From: Octopus vulgaris
Taxonomy: Eukaryota
DNA: 64,000 bases
Assembly: GCA_951406725.2 (NCBI GenBank)
Contig: OX597820.1
Coordinates: 36,022,001 to 36,086,000, forward strand
Direction: 5' to 3'
The notes under the pieces are model-generated. The model saw nothing but the letters and a program-made list of their open reading frames with translations. It searched no databases and was not told the origin of the DNA. Of the stretch, positions 13,287 through 25,244 are shown piece after piece. The first letter of the stretch is position 1, and each line of letters begins with the position of its first letter. The position numbers and the translations under genes are program-made.

Positions 13287-13646
13287 TCCAGAGCACTGCC
13301 TTGAAGAATTTTTAGTTGAATGAATCAACCCTAGAACTTATTAATTTGTATTTTTTTAAGCCTGGTACTTATTCTATCAGTTTTTTTGTTTTTTTTGCTG
13401 AATCCCTATGTTACAGGAATGTAAACTAACCAACATTGGTCGTCAAGCAGTGGTGGGAGACAAACACACACACGCATACACACATGATGGGCTTCTTTCA
13501 ATTTCTGTCTACCAAATTCACTCACAAGATTTTTGGTCAGCCCAAGGTTATAATAGAAGACACTTGCCCGAGGTGACTCAATGGGATTGAACCCAAAATC
13601 ATGTGGTTGGAAAGCAAGCTTCTTATCACACAGCCACACATGCACC
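13287..13646 (-). mobile_element. SINE family A
   Basis: Reverse complement of 1733-2131. Confidence 0.8.
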
Positions 13647-13659
13647 TATATCTATCTAA

Positions 13660-14990
13660 CACATTCCTAACTCCAGCTGCTGTAATCAACTCATCGAGTT
13701 TCTTGAGGACGTTACCCAAATCACTGATCGTGGATCCTGGGTGGATGTTGTTTACCTTGACTTTGCTAAGGCTTTTAACTCTGTGCCACACAAAAGACTT
13801 ATGGTGAAGCTTTCTGCGTTGGGTGTAAGAGACGAACTCTATAACTGGTTGAAGTCCTTTATTTTCGGCCGAAAAGAGGTTGTCACAGTTCTAGGACAGC
13901 ACTCTTCGCCCTATGAGATGACATCTGGTGTACCACAGGGATCTGTTCTTGGCCCCCTTTTATTTGTTGCATATGTTAATGACATAGATGCCAACTTAAA
14001 GAATGCCACAGTGCTGAAATATGCAGATGACATCAAGCTGTACCTCGAAATAAAGAGGTCAAATCCTGTACACTATAGATCCCTATTGCAAGCAGACCTG
14101 GACACAATGCAGCAGTGGATCATGGACTGGCAACTCAAGCTGGCTGTGGGCAAATGTACCACCATGCATTTTGGGAGGAGAAACCCAGCGTCCATCTACT
14201 CCCTCCACAACACTAGTCTCAAAAAGTCTTCATATGAACGTGACCTGGGTGTTATTGTCGACAGTGATTTGCGTTGGACATAACACATCGCTAAAATTGT
14301 CAAGAAGGCTGAGGGTGCCTTGGCATCACTCACCAAATCCTTTGTGAGCCACTCTCTGGCTATCTATCTGCGGCTTTATATAGCTATGGTAAGACCTCGC
14401 CTGGAATTTGCATCACCAGTCTGGAACCCCTATCTTGCCCAGGATATCAATCGTCTGGAAGCCGTTCAGCGACGTGCAACTAAAAGAATACCCTCCATCA
14501 GGCATTTGCCATATCCTGAACGCCTTACTTCCCTGGGCATGGACACATTGAAACTCCAACGTCTGGCAGCTGACTTGGCAGACACCCATAAAATTATCAA
14601 CCATCGTACAAACAATAACTCTGAGCACCTTTTCAAACTCCACCCATCTAACACCCGTGGACATATTTACAAAGTCAGAAAACAGCACAGCTCCCATGAC
14701 TTCAGGAAACATTTTTTCACGCTGAGAGTTGCTGAAGCGTGGAACAAACTGCCGGCATCAGTTGTTAGTTGTCGGAGCACTGCATCCTTCAAAACTTCCA
14801 TGCTTTCTGAGATTCGCCAACACTACACCTGATTTTCTCCCCTCCATACACACACAAGCATGTATCTGACTCATACATTGTTCGCTTTCCAAACATTTCT
14901 ACATTACTGCATGTACTTTATATGCACTTTCTGACAAGTTGTGGTGCACCTGAGCACTGTATACAATAATTTCATTATTATTATTATTAT
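13660..14990 (+). mobile_element. 5'-truncated CR1-clade LINE (RT pseudogene plus 3' UTR)
   Basis: YLDFAKAF, SGVPQGSVLGPLLF, YADD, ERDLGV, RPRLEFASPVWNP; in-frame TAA at 14281; (ATT)n tail. Confidence 0.95.
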
Positions 14991-15063
14991 ATACACATTA
15001 CAGTTATGGTTTTTTTTTTGTCTTTTCTCTTCCAGATCCCAAATTTCGAGTAGAAGGATTTAA

Positions 15064-15326
15064 ATGGTTTGTTTCAGCATTACAATGCTGGCAGCAATGA
15101 ATGAAGACAATGCTGTGTTATCGGGTCGTAACCTTATCATTGACGAGAGTAGTTTTGAGGAGAACTTCTTGCGGTGCATGATTTGTCGGGAGAAATTCAG
15201 CAAACAAGAACACCTACCAAAATTTCTACAATGCAATCACACTTTCTGCTTGCTGTGTTTGAAAAATGTTCTTAAACATGCTAATAACAACAGCCAAACC
15301 TTAAGACCTGATAAAAATATCCTTAG
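15064..15326 (+). CDS. TRIM (RBCC) gene, coding exon 1: N-terminal part of C3HC4 RING
   Basis: CMIC...CNHTFCLLC; acceptor ends 15035; in-frame TAA before the ATG; AG|GTAAGT donor, phase 2. Confidence 0.92.
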
Positions 15327-16096
15327 GTAAGTATGTCTCTTAATTTCATCTTTTTTAATTCTTTCATTTCATTTAGTTTCCCTTTTTTTTTTTTTTCTTA
15401 ACTTCTGAAGTTGTAGAAGACATCTTCCCCAGGTGCCATGTGGTTGGATTGAACCTGAGACCACATGGTTGAGAAGCAACTTTCTCAACCATTTAGCTAT
15501 GCCTGTGTGTGTAATCTAAATTTAAATATTCTCATTCTCTTTTCCTTTCTGTCTGACTGTTTCTGTCTCTGTCTCTCTTTCTCTCTTCTCTCTCTCCCTC
15601 TTGCTTTTGTCATTATCATTAACAACTTAGTATCCACTGTGCCGTCAGGTTAGAATAAATTTGTTGAGGTAGATTTTCTACAGCAAAGATGCTCTTCCTG
15701 TTGCCAACCCTTGCCTGTTCCAAGCAAAGTAATATTTCCTATGACAAGACATGTTTTTCATGGATGACTGGAAATAAACAGTGTTGCTAGTCTGACAGTG
15801 ATGTTCGTTTACAGCCATCATATGTGTACAAGTGTATACACAGACACATGCATACGCAACAGACTTCTTTCAGTTTCTATCTGCCATATTTACTAACAAG
15901 TGCTTTACTCACCTGGTGCTTTAGTGGACGAATGTTTTCAAAGTATCATGCAGTAGGACTGAACATGAGACCACAAGGTTGTGAAGCAAGCTTCTTAACC
16001 ATACAACCATGCCTCAGCTCAAAAACCAACCAAAGTTGACAAGACTCTCTGATTGCCCATTTGAGTGGGTTGGTAAAATACACTCCAGTATCAGTT

Positions 16097-16490
16097 ACTC
16101 TTTTACTTGTTTCAGTCATGTGACTGCAGCCATGCTGGAGCACCACCTTTAGTTGAGCAAATCGACCCCAGAGCTTATTCTTTGTAAGCCTAGTACTTAT
16201 TCTATCGGCCTTTTTCGCCGAACTGCTAAGTTACGGGGACATAAACACACTAGCATCAGTTGTCAAGCGATGCTGGGGTGACAAACACAGATACACACAC
16301 ACACATATATATACATATACATATATACGACGGGCTTCTTTCAGTTTCCATCTACCAAATCCACTCACAAGGCTTTGGTCGGCCCGAGGCTATAGTAATA
16401 GACACTTGCCCAAGGTGCCACGCAGCAGGACTGAACCCAGAACCATATGGTTGGTAAGCAAGCTACTTACCACACAGCCACTCCTGCGCC
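16097..16490 (-). mobile_element. SINE family A, full length
   Basis: Reverse complement of 1733-2131. Confidence 0.9.
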
Positions 16491-17194
16491 TATATATAGT
16501 CATAAATGACAGATAAAAATTTAGATGAATCTTTATTTAATAATAAAAAATCCAAATATCATAACAAATTTGTTTCATAACTCAAAAAACATGTAAATAA
16601 CTTATATTATCATATTTAATAATAAATAAATTAATTACGTCTGCACTAGCACAAAATGTAAAAAAATTCTTTCAAAATAATGCAGAAATTGAGCTATGCC
16701 ATCAGATGAAATAGATTTTATGTTAAATGTAAATCTCAGTGTAATGAAATATGAACACTGTGTTAAAATTTTTAAAGGTTATTGAAGACAATAATGGCAG
16801 AATTAACATGAATTAATAAAAGGAATTTCTAATAAATTGAAGGGAATTTTAGTAATATAATTAAAATATAAATATTGTATAATCATTATCAGTATGTAAA
16901 TAAGTTTGAAATATGAATTATTATTATAATAAAGGTGATTCAATTGACTGTATATATAAATAAATGCATATACTTATATAGACATATATACACATATAGT
17001 CAAATGTATATAGACACACATATATATATATATAACAATTACAATATACACCACATTCACAGTACACTCACACAGCAACTTACACACACATGGATGTACA
17101 ACACAATATACAATACAGACACATTTACACACAGCATACAACATATATGCACAAGAGCTTCATAATAATATTGAGGTGGTGGTGGCATAGGTGG

Positions 17195-17240
17195 TGTCAA
17201 CAGCGACAGTAGTGATGATGATGATGATGATGATGATGAT

Positions 17241-17272
<32 letters not shown>

Positions 17273-17780
17273 TGATGCTTTTTTTTTTCTACTCTGGCTT
17301 TGAACATCCCCTGTTATTGATTTTGACAGGGTGGCTACAGCAAGAGAGGGGAGGGTGCTATTGTCTGATCACATCACATTAAATACCATTGCCACCCTCA
17401 GTAGAAATATCACAGGGTTAGGGGTGAGGCATATAACTGTAATGTGCCACCATGGTACCAGTGAAATGCCATAGAAACTCCTGTAAATGTTAATGAAAGT
17501 GGTGATGATGAGGATGATTACGATGATGATGATTACAATGATGATGATTGTGATTACGATGATGATGGTGGTGGTGGTGGTGGAAGTAGGAATCATGGTA
17601 ATGATGATGAGGAGGAGAATGTTGAAATGTTTATTGTAGTATTAGATGATGGAATGATGATAGATGTGATGATAAAATGTCATGGAAACCCATTATTGTT
17701 AGCAATAATGATGATGGTGGTAGTGGTGATGATTGTTACTGGTGGTGGTGTTGGTGGTAACAGTAGTGATGGGGGTGGAA
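17195..17780. repeat. (GAT/GAC/GGT)n trinucleotide tracts
   Basis: Direct inspection; two tracts separated by unique sequence. Confidence 0.85.
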
Positions 17781-18169
17781 GTAGCGCTTCTTCCTCTTCT
17801 GTTTCTATAAGACATTACGCATAACACAAGAACACAAGAAACGTTGTCCAGTCAACACTGACCAATCCACTTCCACCATTGATGTTTCTATTCATAAGCA
17901 AGGTCAGCAGCTTCCCTAAAATTGAACATTACATCTGACCAGAACCTCAAGACTTGGGAAAATGTAGGTTTTGTGGCAAAATGCAGGCGACACAATAGGA
18001 CTGTGTAGGCTTATACCTGTGGTTCGAAAAGATTTTGAAAAGATGGCCACTGACCTATACAACCATGTGCTCATTTTGCACAGCCATACATACACCTACA
18101 CAGTTATGCCTGTTCCTGCCCCATGCAACCATGCCTGCTACATCACATCTGCTTTTATTCTTTTTGTTT

Positions 18170-18479
18170 TATTCTTTTATGTGTTTCAGTCATTTGATTG
18201 TAGCTGTGCTGGAGCACCACCATAAAGGTTTTTTAATCAAAGAAATCAGTGCCAGGACTTATTATTTGTAAGCCTAGTACTCATTCTATCAGTCTCTTTT
18301 GCCAAACCGCTAATTTACAGGGGCGTAAACACACCAAAATTGGTTGTCAAACAATAGTGGGAGGACAAACTCAGACACACACATAAATATATATGTATGT
18401 ATGTTTGTTTGTTTGTATGTATGTATGTATGTATGTATGTATGTATGTATGTATGTATGTATGTATGTATGTATGTATG

Positions 18480-18543
<64 letters not shown>

Positions 18544-18771
18544 AACTATTTATTCCCATGCTGGCCACTAGATAAGATCGATATTTAAATATCGATATTA
18601 TCCTTATTTATAAATTCATATATATATATACACACACACACAACAGGCTTCTTTCAGTTTCTGTCTACCAAATCCACTCACAATGCTTTGGTCAGCTCAA
18701 GGCTATAATAGAAAACACTTGCCCAAAGTGCCACGCAGTGGGACTAAACCTTGAACCATGTGGTTGGGAAG
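18170..18771 (-). mobile_element. SINE family A with expanded (TATG)n(TA)n and an ~80-bp insert
   Basis: SINE halves flank the microsatellite; the insert holds the palindrome ATCGATATTTAAATATCGAT. Confidence 0.8.
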
Positions 18772-18833
18772 ATGTTACATGTAGAATAATATTCTAGTGT
18801 GTTTTCATTTTCATTTTCATTTTTGTTGACCAG

Positions 18834-19133
18834 GTGTCCAACTTGCAGAAAGGAGACATGTTTGCCATACCATTCAGTTGATTCCTTACCAACTGACCAC
18901 AGAATCATCCAAATGATGGACTTTCTGTCTGTGCAACAGACAGATCTTAGGTTGAAGAGTCAGTGTATGAAACATGGTAACCAACCAGTGTACTTTTTCT
19001 GCAGCAAGTGCAGACTTCCAGTATGCCAAGACTGTACCATTTTTGACCATAATGAACAAGATGGTCATATCATTACAGACTTAAAAACTGAGTTGGAGAG
19101 TAGCGCAGAACGTTTCACAGAAATTGGTAAACG
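18834..19133 (+). CDS. TRIM gene, coding exon 2: RING end (CPTC) and B-box type 2
   Basis: CMKH...CSKC...CQDC...H...H; CAG acceptor, CG|GTACGT donor, phase 2/2. Confidence 0.92.
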
Positions 19134-21687
19134 GTACGTAAACTTTTATATTTGTTCTTTCAACTTTAAATCCTCTTGTTGTCCTTTAACTTCAGATCAG
19201 CCCTGATTGAATAAATTTATGATGAATGTCAGTCCAGATGTGACCATCCTGTCTTTTATCTTTTCATATTTAGATCGAGTATATTGCAGATAGCACCCTT
19301 GAATATATCATCTTTTTAAGAGTGTCATATGAAGGAAGGATTAGCTGCTATTTCTAGCAGATTGTGTTCCACATCAAAGCTTCGTCATTAGCTTGTTGTT
19401 GCTTAGCCTCAAGTCAGCTTTGATTGTGATGACCTATGTCCAAAGACGTTGTTTTTGTGACTATCTCATATTTTTGGTTGACAAAGTGTATTTAGGACTA
19501 CATTATGAACACAGCCTTGTTTTTAAGATAGTTAGATATGAAGGATATTTGTTTACTATTTCTTGCAGGTAAAGTGACCATGTAGAGATTTCCTTCTTGG
19601 CGTGATATTTCATTGTTTTTCTTTCCTTTAAGTGAGGGCCACAACATATATTTCTTTACTACACACAAGGGGCTAAACATAGAGGGCGACAAACAAGGAC
19701 AGACAAAGGGATTAAGTCGATTACATCGACTCCAGTGCGAAACTGGTACTTTATTTATCGACCCCGAAAGGATGAAAGGCAAAGTTGACCTCGGCGGAAT
19801 TTAAACACAGAACATAACAACAGACGAAATACCACTAAGCATTACGTCCAGCATGCTAACATTTCTGCCAGCTTGCTGCCTTATTTAGACACATGACCAA
19901 TAATTTGACTGTGGCCATGCTGGAACACCACCTTTAGTCGAACAAATCGACCCCAGTGCCACAACATAATGAGTGAAAATTGTCAAACTAAACCGAGCAG
20001 AGTTGTGCACCTTGCTAAGGGGTTTTAACTTAAGACACAACTGTTTCGTATTTTGACACATGACCAATAATGTTTGAAAGCAGGATGTTAGTTAATTCCA
20101 TCAACCCCAGTACTTAATTGGTACTTCATTTTATCAACCTTGGAGGGATGAAAGACACAGTTGACCTTCATGGAATTTGAACTTGCAATGTAGGGAACTG
20201 AAAGAAATACTGCAAGGTGTTTTCTAACATCATCATCATTACTTAGCCCTTTTGTTGTTATATTTCTGTTGAAATACACTGCTTTTGTTTCAATTAATTT
20301 TTTAAATAATGAAGAATTTAGTAAAAGAGATATCTTTGTCATTACTAAGCTGATGTTTGAAACATATTAATCCTTTCTACTAAAGGCACATGGCCTGAAA
20401 TTTTGGGGGGAGGGGGTAAGTTGACTACATTGACCCCAGTGCATAACTGGTATTTAATTTATCAACTCCAAAAGACGAAAGGCAAAGTTGACCTCAGTGG
20501 AATTTGAACTCAGAATCTAATAACGGATGAAATGCCACTAAGCATTTTGCCCAATGTGCTAACAATTCTGCTAGCTCACCACCTGAAATGTTGATAGAAG
20601 ATTTTCATTTAGATTATAGAAAGAACAGCAGAGCCAGGTAGGTTGATATCAGAAGGGTCTGTTTTCCATGTCAGCATGGGTTAAGTGTTTTGATTTGGTC
20701 TAAAGAGTCATAGGGCTGTGTCATGTTCCAATGGCATGGTTTCCATTGTTGGATGCCCTTCCTAATGTCAACCATTTTACAAAATGTCCTGGGTATTTTT
20801 TCCCACGGCACCACCTCTAGTGAGGTCACAACATAACTTGCAAGACTAATGAACCCCTCGACTAAATGGGAATATAGCTGAGAGGGAGACAGATTTAAGC
20901 TAGGTGCTGAAAAGTGGAAGTATGATAGTAGGGACCAGAACAGGTTTGTTGCTGTGGAAGAGATACATGGTCACCTGACATAATAAATAGTTGGGTGAGT
21001 GTAATTGGGGTATAGCTGGAAAGAGAGATAAAGATGGGAACAATGAGATGTTGAAGCATCAAGAGCACCAGATGGTACTATCACATTTCCAACAAAGAAC
21101 TGCATGCATGCATGCATCAGTCCACAGCCTCCCACCTCATAACTATCCATTGTATGAGCTGATACGGACTTTTATTATAGCTAAAGATATTTTTGAGATG
21201 TAGACATGAAAAGGTATAGGTATGAAATGAATTCATATTGCTATAGATGCAATGATGTCACAGTGCAACAATATTTAATTCTAGTTTGTCTCATTTTATG
21301 TACCTGAAGACCAGGTAATGAGTCTTCTGAAGAAAAGAGACTTGTACAAGACTAAGAGTCTATTCAGCAGAAAGGTTATTGTCTTCACAATCCTTCTGTG
21401 CATGATGAGATTGGTGGGGTAAATGTTCATCAGTTGCAATTCAACAGATGCAAGAAAATATTGGCAGGGAGGGAATTTCAGAGGGATGACATTCTGAAGA
21501 AGAAGGATTGAGAAGAATAGTAAATGAGAACTTTTTAATAGCACATTCATGTCTGCATGGAATGAAGAAGCTAGGAATAATTATGCAATTTCTTTTCTAA
21601 GTGTTTATGTTTATTATATATGTGGGTTTGTGGTTTAGCTCCTTGTTCTAGAGGTGCTTTTCATAGAGTCTTTGTTTGTGTTTCTAG

Positions 21688-22328
21688 GTGCCAAGAATGC
21701 ATCAAGTCTGCACGAGAGATGATAAATGGACACACAACAGCTTCCAAGAGACTTGATGTCATTGAGAAGCAGATTAAGTGTATCATAAAGGAAACCTTCA
21801 TCGAGTACCGTCTACTGCTTGAGAAAAGGGAAAAAGCACTTGCAGAAAAGGCCACTGAGATGATACGAGAGCAGAAGTCCAAAAAAGACAGTAGGTTTGA
21901 AGAGCCAGATTTGACTGAAGATTCTTTAGAGCGCCACAAGAGGTCCTTTCCAAAAGTCAGAAGGGGGTCGAATGATATGTTTCGTTTTTTCAACATTGAA
22001 AAGGAAATTGACAGCATCATCAAAAAAGATGAAGCAACAGACAGCGATGACACAGATGATAAACACTCACAGACCACAAGTCTGGAGAGATACAATGAGG
22101 TGCAACTCACCGATGAACTGAATAGTCTTGACCAGGTTATTATGCAGTTGGATCCAACTCTGAAGAATCCATTGCATACGATGGAACCACCAAGAGCAAG
22201 CAAATTCGAAGACAGAGGTGTTGTCACATATCCTGCGAGGGATGCTGAAAGTGGAGAACATCTGAACATGACTATGAAAGAGAAGCTGGAATCTTATGAA
22301 AATTGGATCAGCCAAGCTGCAACATTGG
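21688..22328 (+). CDS. TRIM gene, coding exon 3: coiled coil and charged tail
   Basis: TTTCTAG acceptor, open 641 nt, helical LEKREKALAEKATEMIREQK segment, G|GTAAGT donor, phase 1. Confidence 0.9.
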
Positions 22329-22373
22329 GTAAGTTGCTTTTCCCTTCTTTGAATGGCAGAATGGTTAAGTTAA

Positions 22374-22593
22374 CCCTTTAGTATTTAAACTGGTAATATT
22401 TGACCAAAATATTCTACCCGTTTTGTGTTCAAACCAGCCAAACCTGACCTCTCACACTTACCCTACCATGCCATTCTAAAAATAAACAATCACATCATCA
22501 AAATTTCACAGCTATAAGAGAATGCATGATTAATAAAAAACAATTTGAATAAATAAGCTTCACATTTGACAAAGTAATCTGAATGTTAAAGGG
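22374..22593. mobile_element. piggyBac-like MITE
   Basis: TTAA-CCCTTTAG ... TAAAGGG-TTAA. Confidence 0.75.
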
Positions 22594-22894
22594 TTAAAAA
22601 GTTTGATACCTGTGGAATACTCAGCCAGTTCACATGCTAATTCAATGAATGGATTATCCACTTCATCAAACAAATGAATTTTCATAAAGTTGAATTTGAC
22701 TCAAAAGTTCATCATGGTAAATATGTATTTCTTTGTTTAATGTGACTAGGGACGGGGTGTTGATTGGAAGGAGACTTAGCTGCCATTTATTGCAACTTGT
22801 TTACATAGAAGCTTCCTCATTGATTCACATGAAATGGAATGTGTGTCAAATGTAGGTGATTATTTTCACTTAGCATTCATTAATGATGATTAAG

Positions 22895-23185
22895 TGGAGG
22901 CGCATGGCCTAGTAGTTAGAGCAGTGGACTCACAGTTGAGGGATCGCGGGTTCAAATCTCAGACCGGGCAATGTGTGTGTTTATGAGCGAAACATCTAAG
23001 CTCCACACGGCTCCAGCATAAAGGTAATGGTGAACCTCTGCTGACTCTTTCACCACAACTTTCTCTCATTCTTTCCTCCTGCATCTTGCAGCTCACCTGC
23101 AACAGACCGGTGTCCCATCCAGGTGGGGAACCTATGTGCCAAGGAAACCGAGAAACCAGGCTTGGCTCAAGAAGGAACAAACAAT
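22895..23185 (+). mobile_element. tRNA-derived SINE, family C
   Basis: TGGCCTAGTAGTTAGAGC A box and GGTTCAAATCTC B box. Confidence 0.75.
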
Positions 23186-23506
23186 GATGATTAACCTGAA
23201 GTAGCAAATTAGACATGTAGTCGGTTATGTTTAGATGTGATAATCATCTTCATTATCATCATTCCTATCAACATCACTACCACCACCACCATCATCACTA
23301 TCATCACCGTCATCATTGTCATCATCATCACCACCACCACATTATCATCACATCATCATCATCATTATCACTGCCACCACCACCATAAGCAGTAGCAGCA
23401 GAAACATTATCAGTAGTATTCAGTAATTATCAGCGTAGGATTCTTTTAGTAAATCCTGGTCATTGGATGTCTGTTATATCCAAACAATGTAAAATGTATC
23501 ATAAAT

Positions 23507-23926
23507 TTGTTGTTGGCATCCTTTTGTCTCAGGAGACAATGGAGTTGTGCATAAACTAATCCAGTCTGGTTTTTACATTTCATGTCCTCTCCAGTTTTGC
23601 ACAGGCTTGGGCGAGATATAAGAAAATACTGGGTAGCCCAATCGTCAGGATTCCTCTCTCGACCTTGCTGACGTAGTCCAAAGGAATGCAGAGCATTACG
23701 TTTGGCACCAGCTTGATTGCAGGAGCTGCCGGAAGAGTGTTGAGTCGAACACTAAACCGCCTACAGGGCTCCACTCCAGATTTCTTTGAAGGTTGTCTCC
23801 TTTCTGTAACCCTGGACAGGGGCCCATACCGGGTACTGTTAGCCGGAGCCAGCTGAGCCCGGAACTCGTGTCAGGCAGGTCGTCAGTCCCTGTGGTAGCG
23901 AAGAAAATCGCTCGCTACCCACTACC
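23507..23926 (-). mobile_element. 420-bp non-autonomous RTE-derived retroelement
   Basis: 12-bp TSD TGTATCA(T/A)AAAT at 23495-23506 and 23927-23938; RTE-like 3' end GTCTCCTGAGACAAAAGGATGC(CAA)n; GC-rich structured 5' part. Confidence 0.75.
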
Positions 23927-24206
23927 TGTATCAAAAATACCATAAACCAAAAGCCTATTAGTTAGGCACACATTTTTGTTTTAAATAAGAAACTTCAGCA
24001 AGCCAATAAACGAGCATTCTTGTGTATGATCGCTACATACTGTATGAACAACGGGGGTGTTTTAATGCAACTACTCAGCCTGCTAGAAATAAAATTTTAC
24101 ATATTCTTTGATACGTTTGTTTCGTTTATTTTTATATTTGTGTTTATTCAGCCTTGAAATGCTTCAATATTCTATTTTTGCATCTATTTTGTTTCCAATA
24201 TTACAG

Positions 24207-24274
24207 AACGTCGGCGAACTTTGTTAACGTCGGTGAAACAAGACAACAGGCAGCAGCAAGGGGAGGTAATCTAA
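24207..24274 (+). CDS. TRIM gene, probable last coding exon: (E)RRRTLLTSVKQDNRQQQGEVI*
   Basis: Pyrimidine tract plus TACAG, phase matches exon 3; total CDS 1272 nt = 423 aa; AATAAA at ~24414. Confidence 0.7.
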
Positions 24275-24531
24275 CCAGCTAGCAAGATAAGGATGAGAGT
24301 AGCTGAGATGGAAATGTAATTCAACGACATATGCGCGAAATGAAGATAGAAAGTCATATAGATTCTTGTTTAGATTTTTAAAAAACCTCACCTTCTTCCA
24401 CACAAAACGAAAAAATAAAAAACGAAAGAAAGAAACGACTGAAACTTAATTTAAAATTTAACCTAGTATGGTTGAGTTGTTTCCCTTCCATCTTTCAAGT
24501 TCTGCATATACATTGAACACACACACACACA

Positions 24532-24569
<38 letters not shown>

Positions 24570-24572
<3 letters not shown>

Positions 24573-24908
24573 GCGTAACTCAACTTATGTTAGAAATTGG
24601 TTTCAAGATATGTGACGTAACTCAAAAAATGGCGTAACAGGAAAAAATTTTCAAATATTTATTAGCTTATGTCCAATTTAATAAATAGTTTGTATATATT
24701 TTTACATGTATTTTATTTGATATTCCGCTTCAGTATTATTTTTAGATCTTTTTAAAAAAATGTTATGCTTTTAAGTATGTTCACGACATAAAGTCAGATA
24801 AATCAACTGAAGTTAAAGTCTATTTTTTTTTCATTAATTTCTTTAAAAAAAATAAAGTGTAAAGTTTAAAAAGACAACTCAAAACAATACAAGTTGAAGT
24901 ATACCCGT
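24570..24908. mobile_element. pogo/Tigger-like MITE
   Basis: TA-CAGGCGTAACTCAACTT ... AAGTTGAAGTATACCCG-TA imperfect TIRs. Confidence 0.5.
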
Positions 24909-24959
24909 ATATGTGTGTGTATGTGTGCAAGTGTCTGTGTGTGTGTGTATTCTTTGTGC

Positions 24960-25123
24960 ATTAAGGCTACCATTGGTTTCATGTTAAGAAAATATCTTAA
25001 TATCTTAACAATTGTTCAAGTCAATCATATGGAAACAAACTCCAATTTCTTCATGTGATTGCTTTGAAAATTTGTTAAGATATTAAGGTATTTTCTTAAC
25101 ATGAAACCAATGGTAGCCTTAAT
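24960..25123. repeat. Near-perfect ~160-bp hairpin element
   Basis: TTAAGGCTACCATTGGTTTCATGTTAAGAAAATA mirrored at ~25089-25122. Confidence 0.9.
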
Positions 25124-25192
25124 AAGCAAATAAAGAATCTTTCGCCATGTATGCGATATTGAACAATTATTCTCATTGTTCAAAATTTACAC

Positions 25193-25244
<52 letters not shown>

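Noticed and set aside
13741-14832. Active reverse transcriptase gene
   Set aside because: 5'-truncated and has an in-frame stop at 14281
21661-22269. 202-aa Ser-rich antisense ORF
   Set aside because: Mirror of the Glu/Lys/Asp-rich TRIM exon 3, with no independent signals
22895-22975. Genuine tRNA gene (also other SINE heads)
   Set aside because: No full cloverleaf; continues into a SINE body
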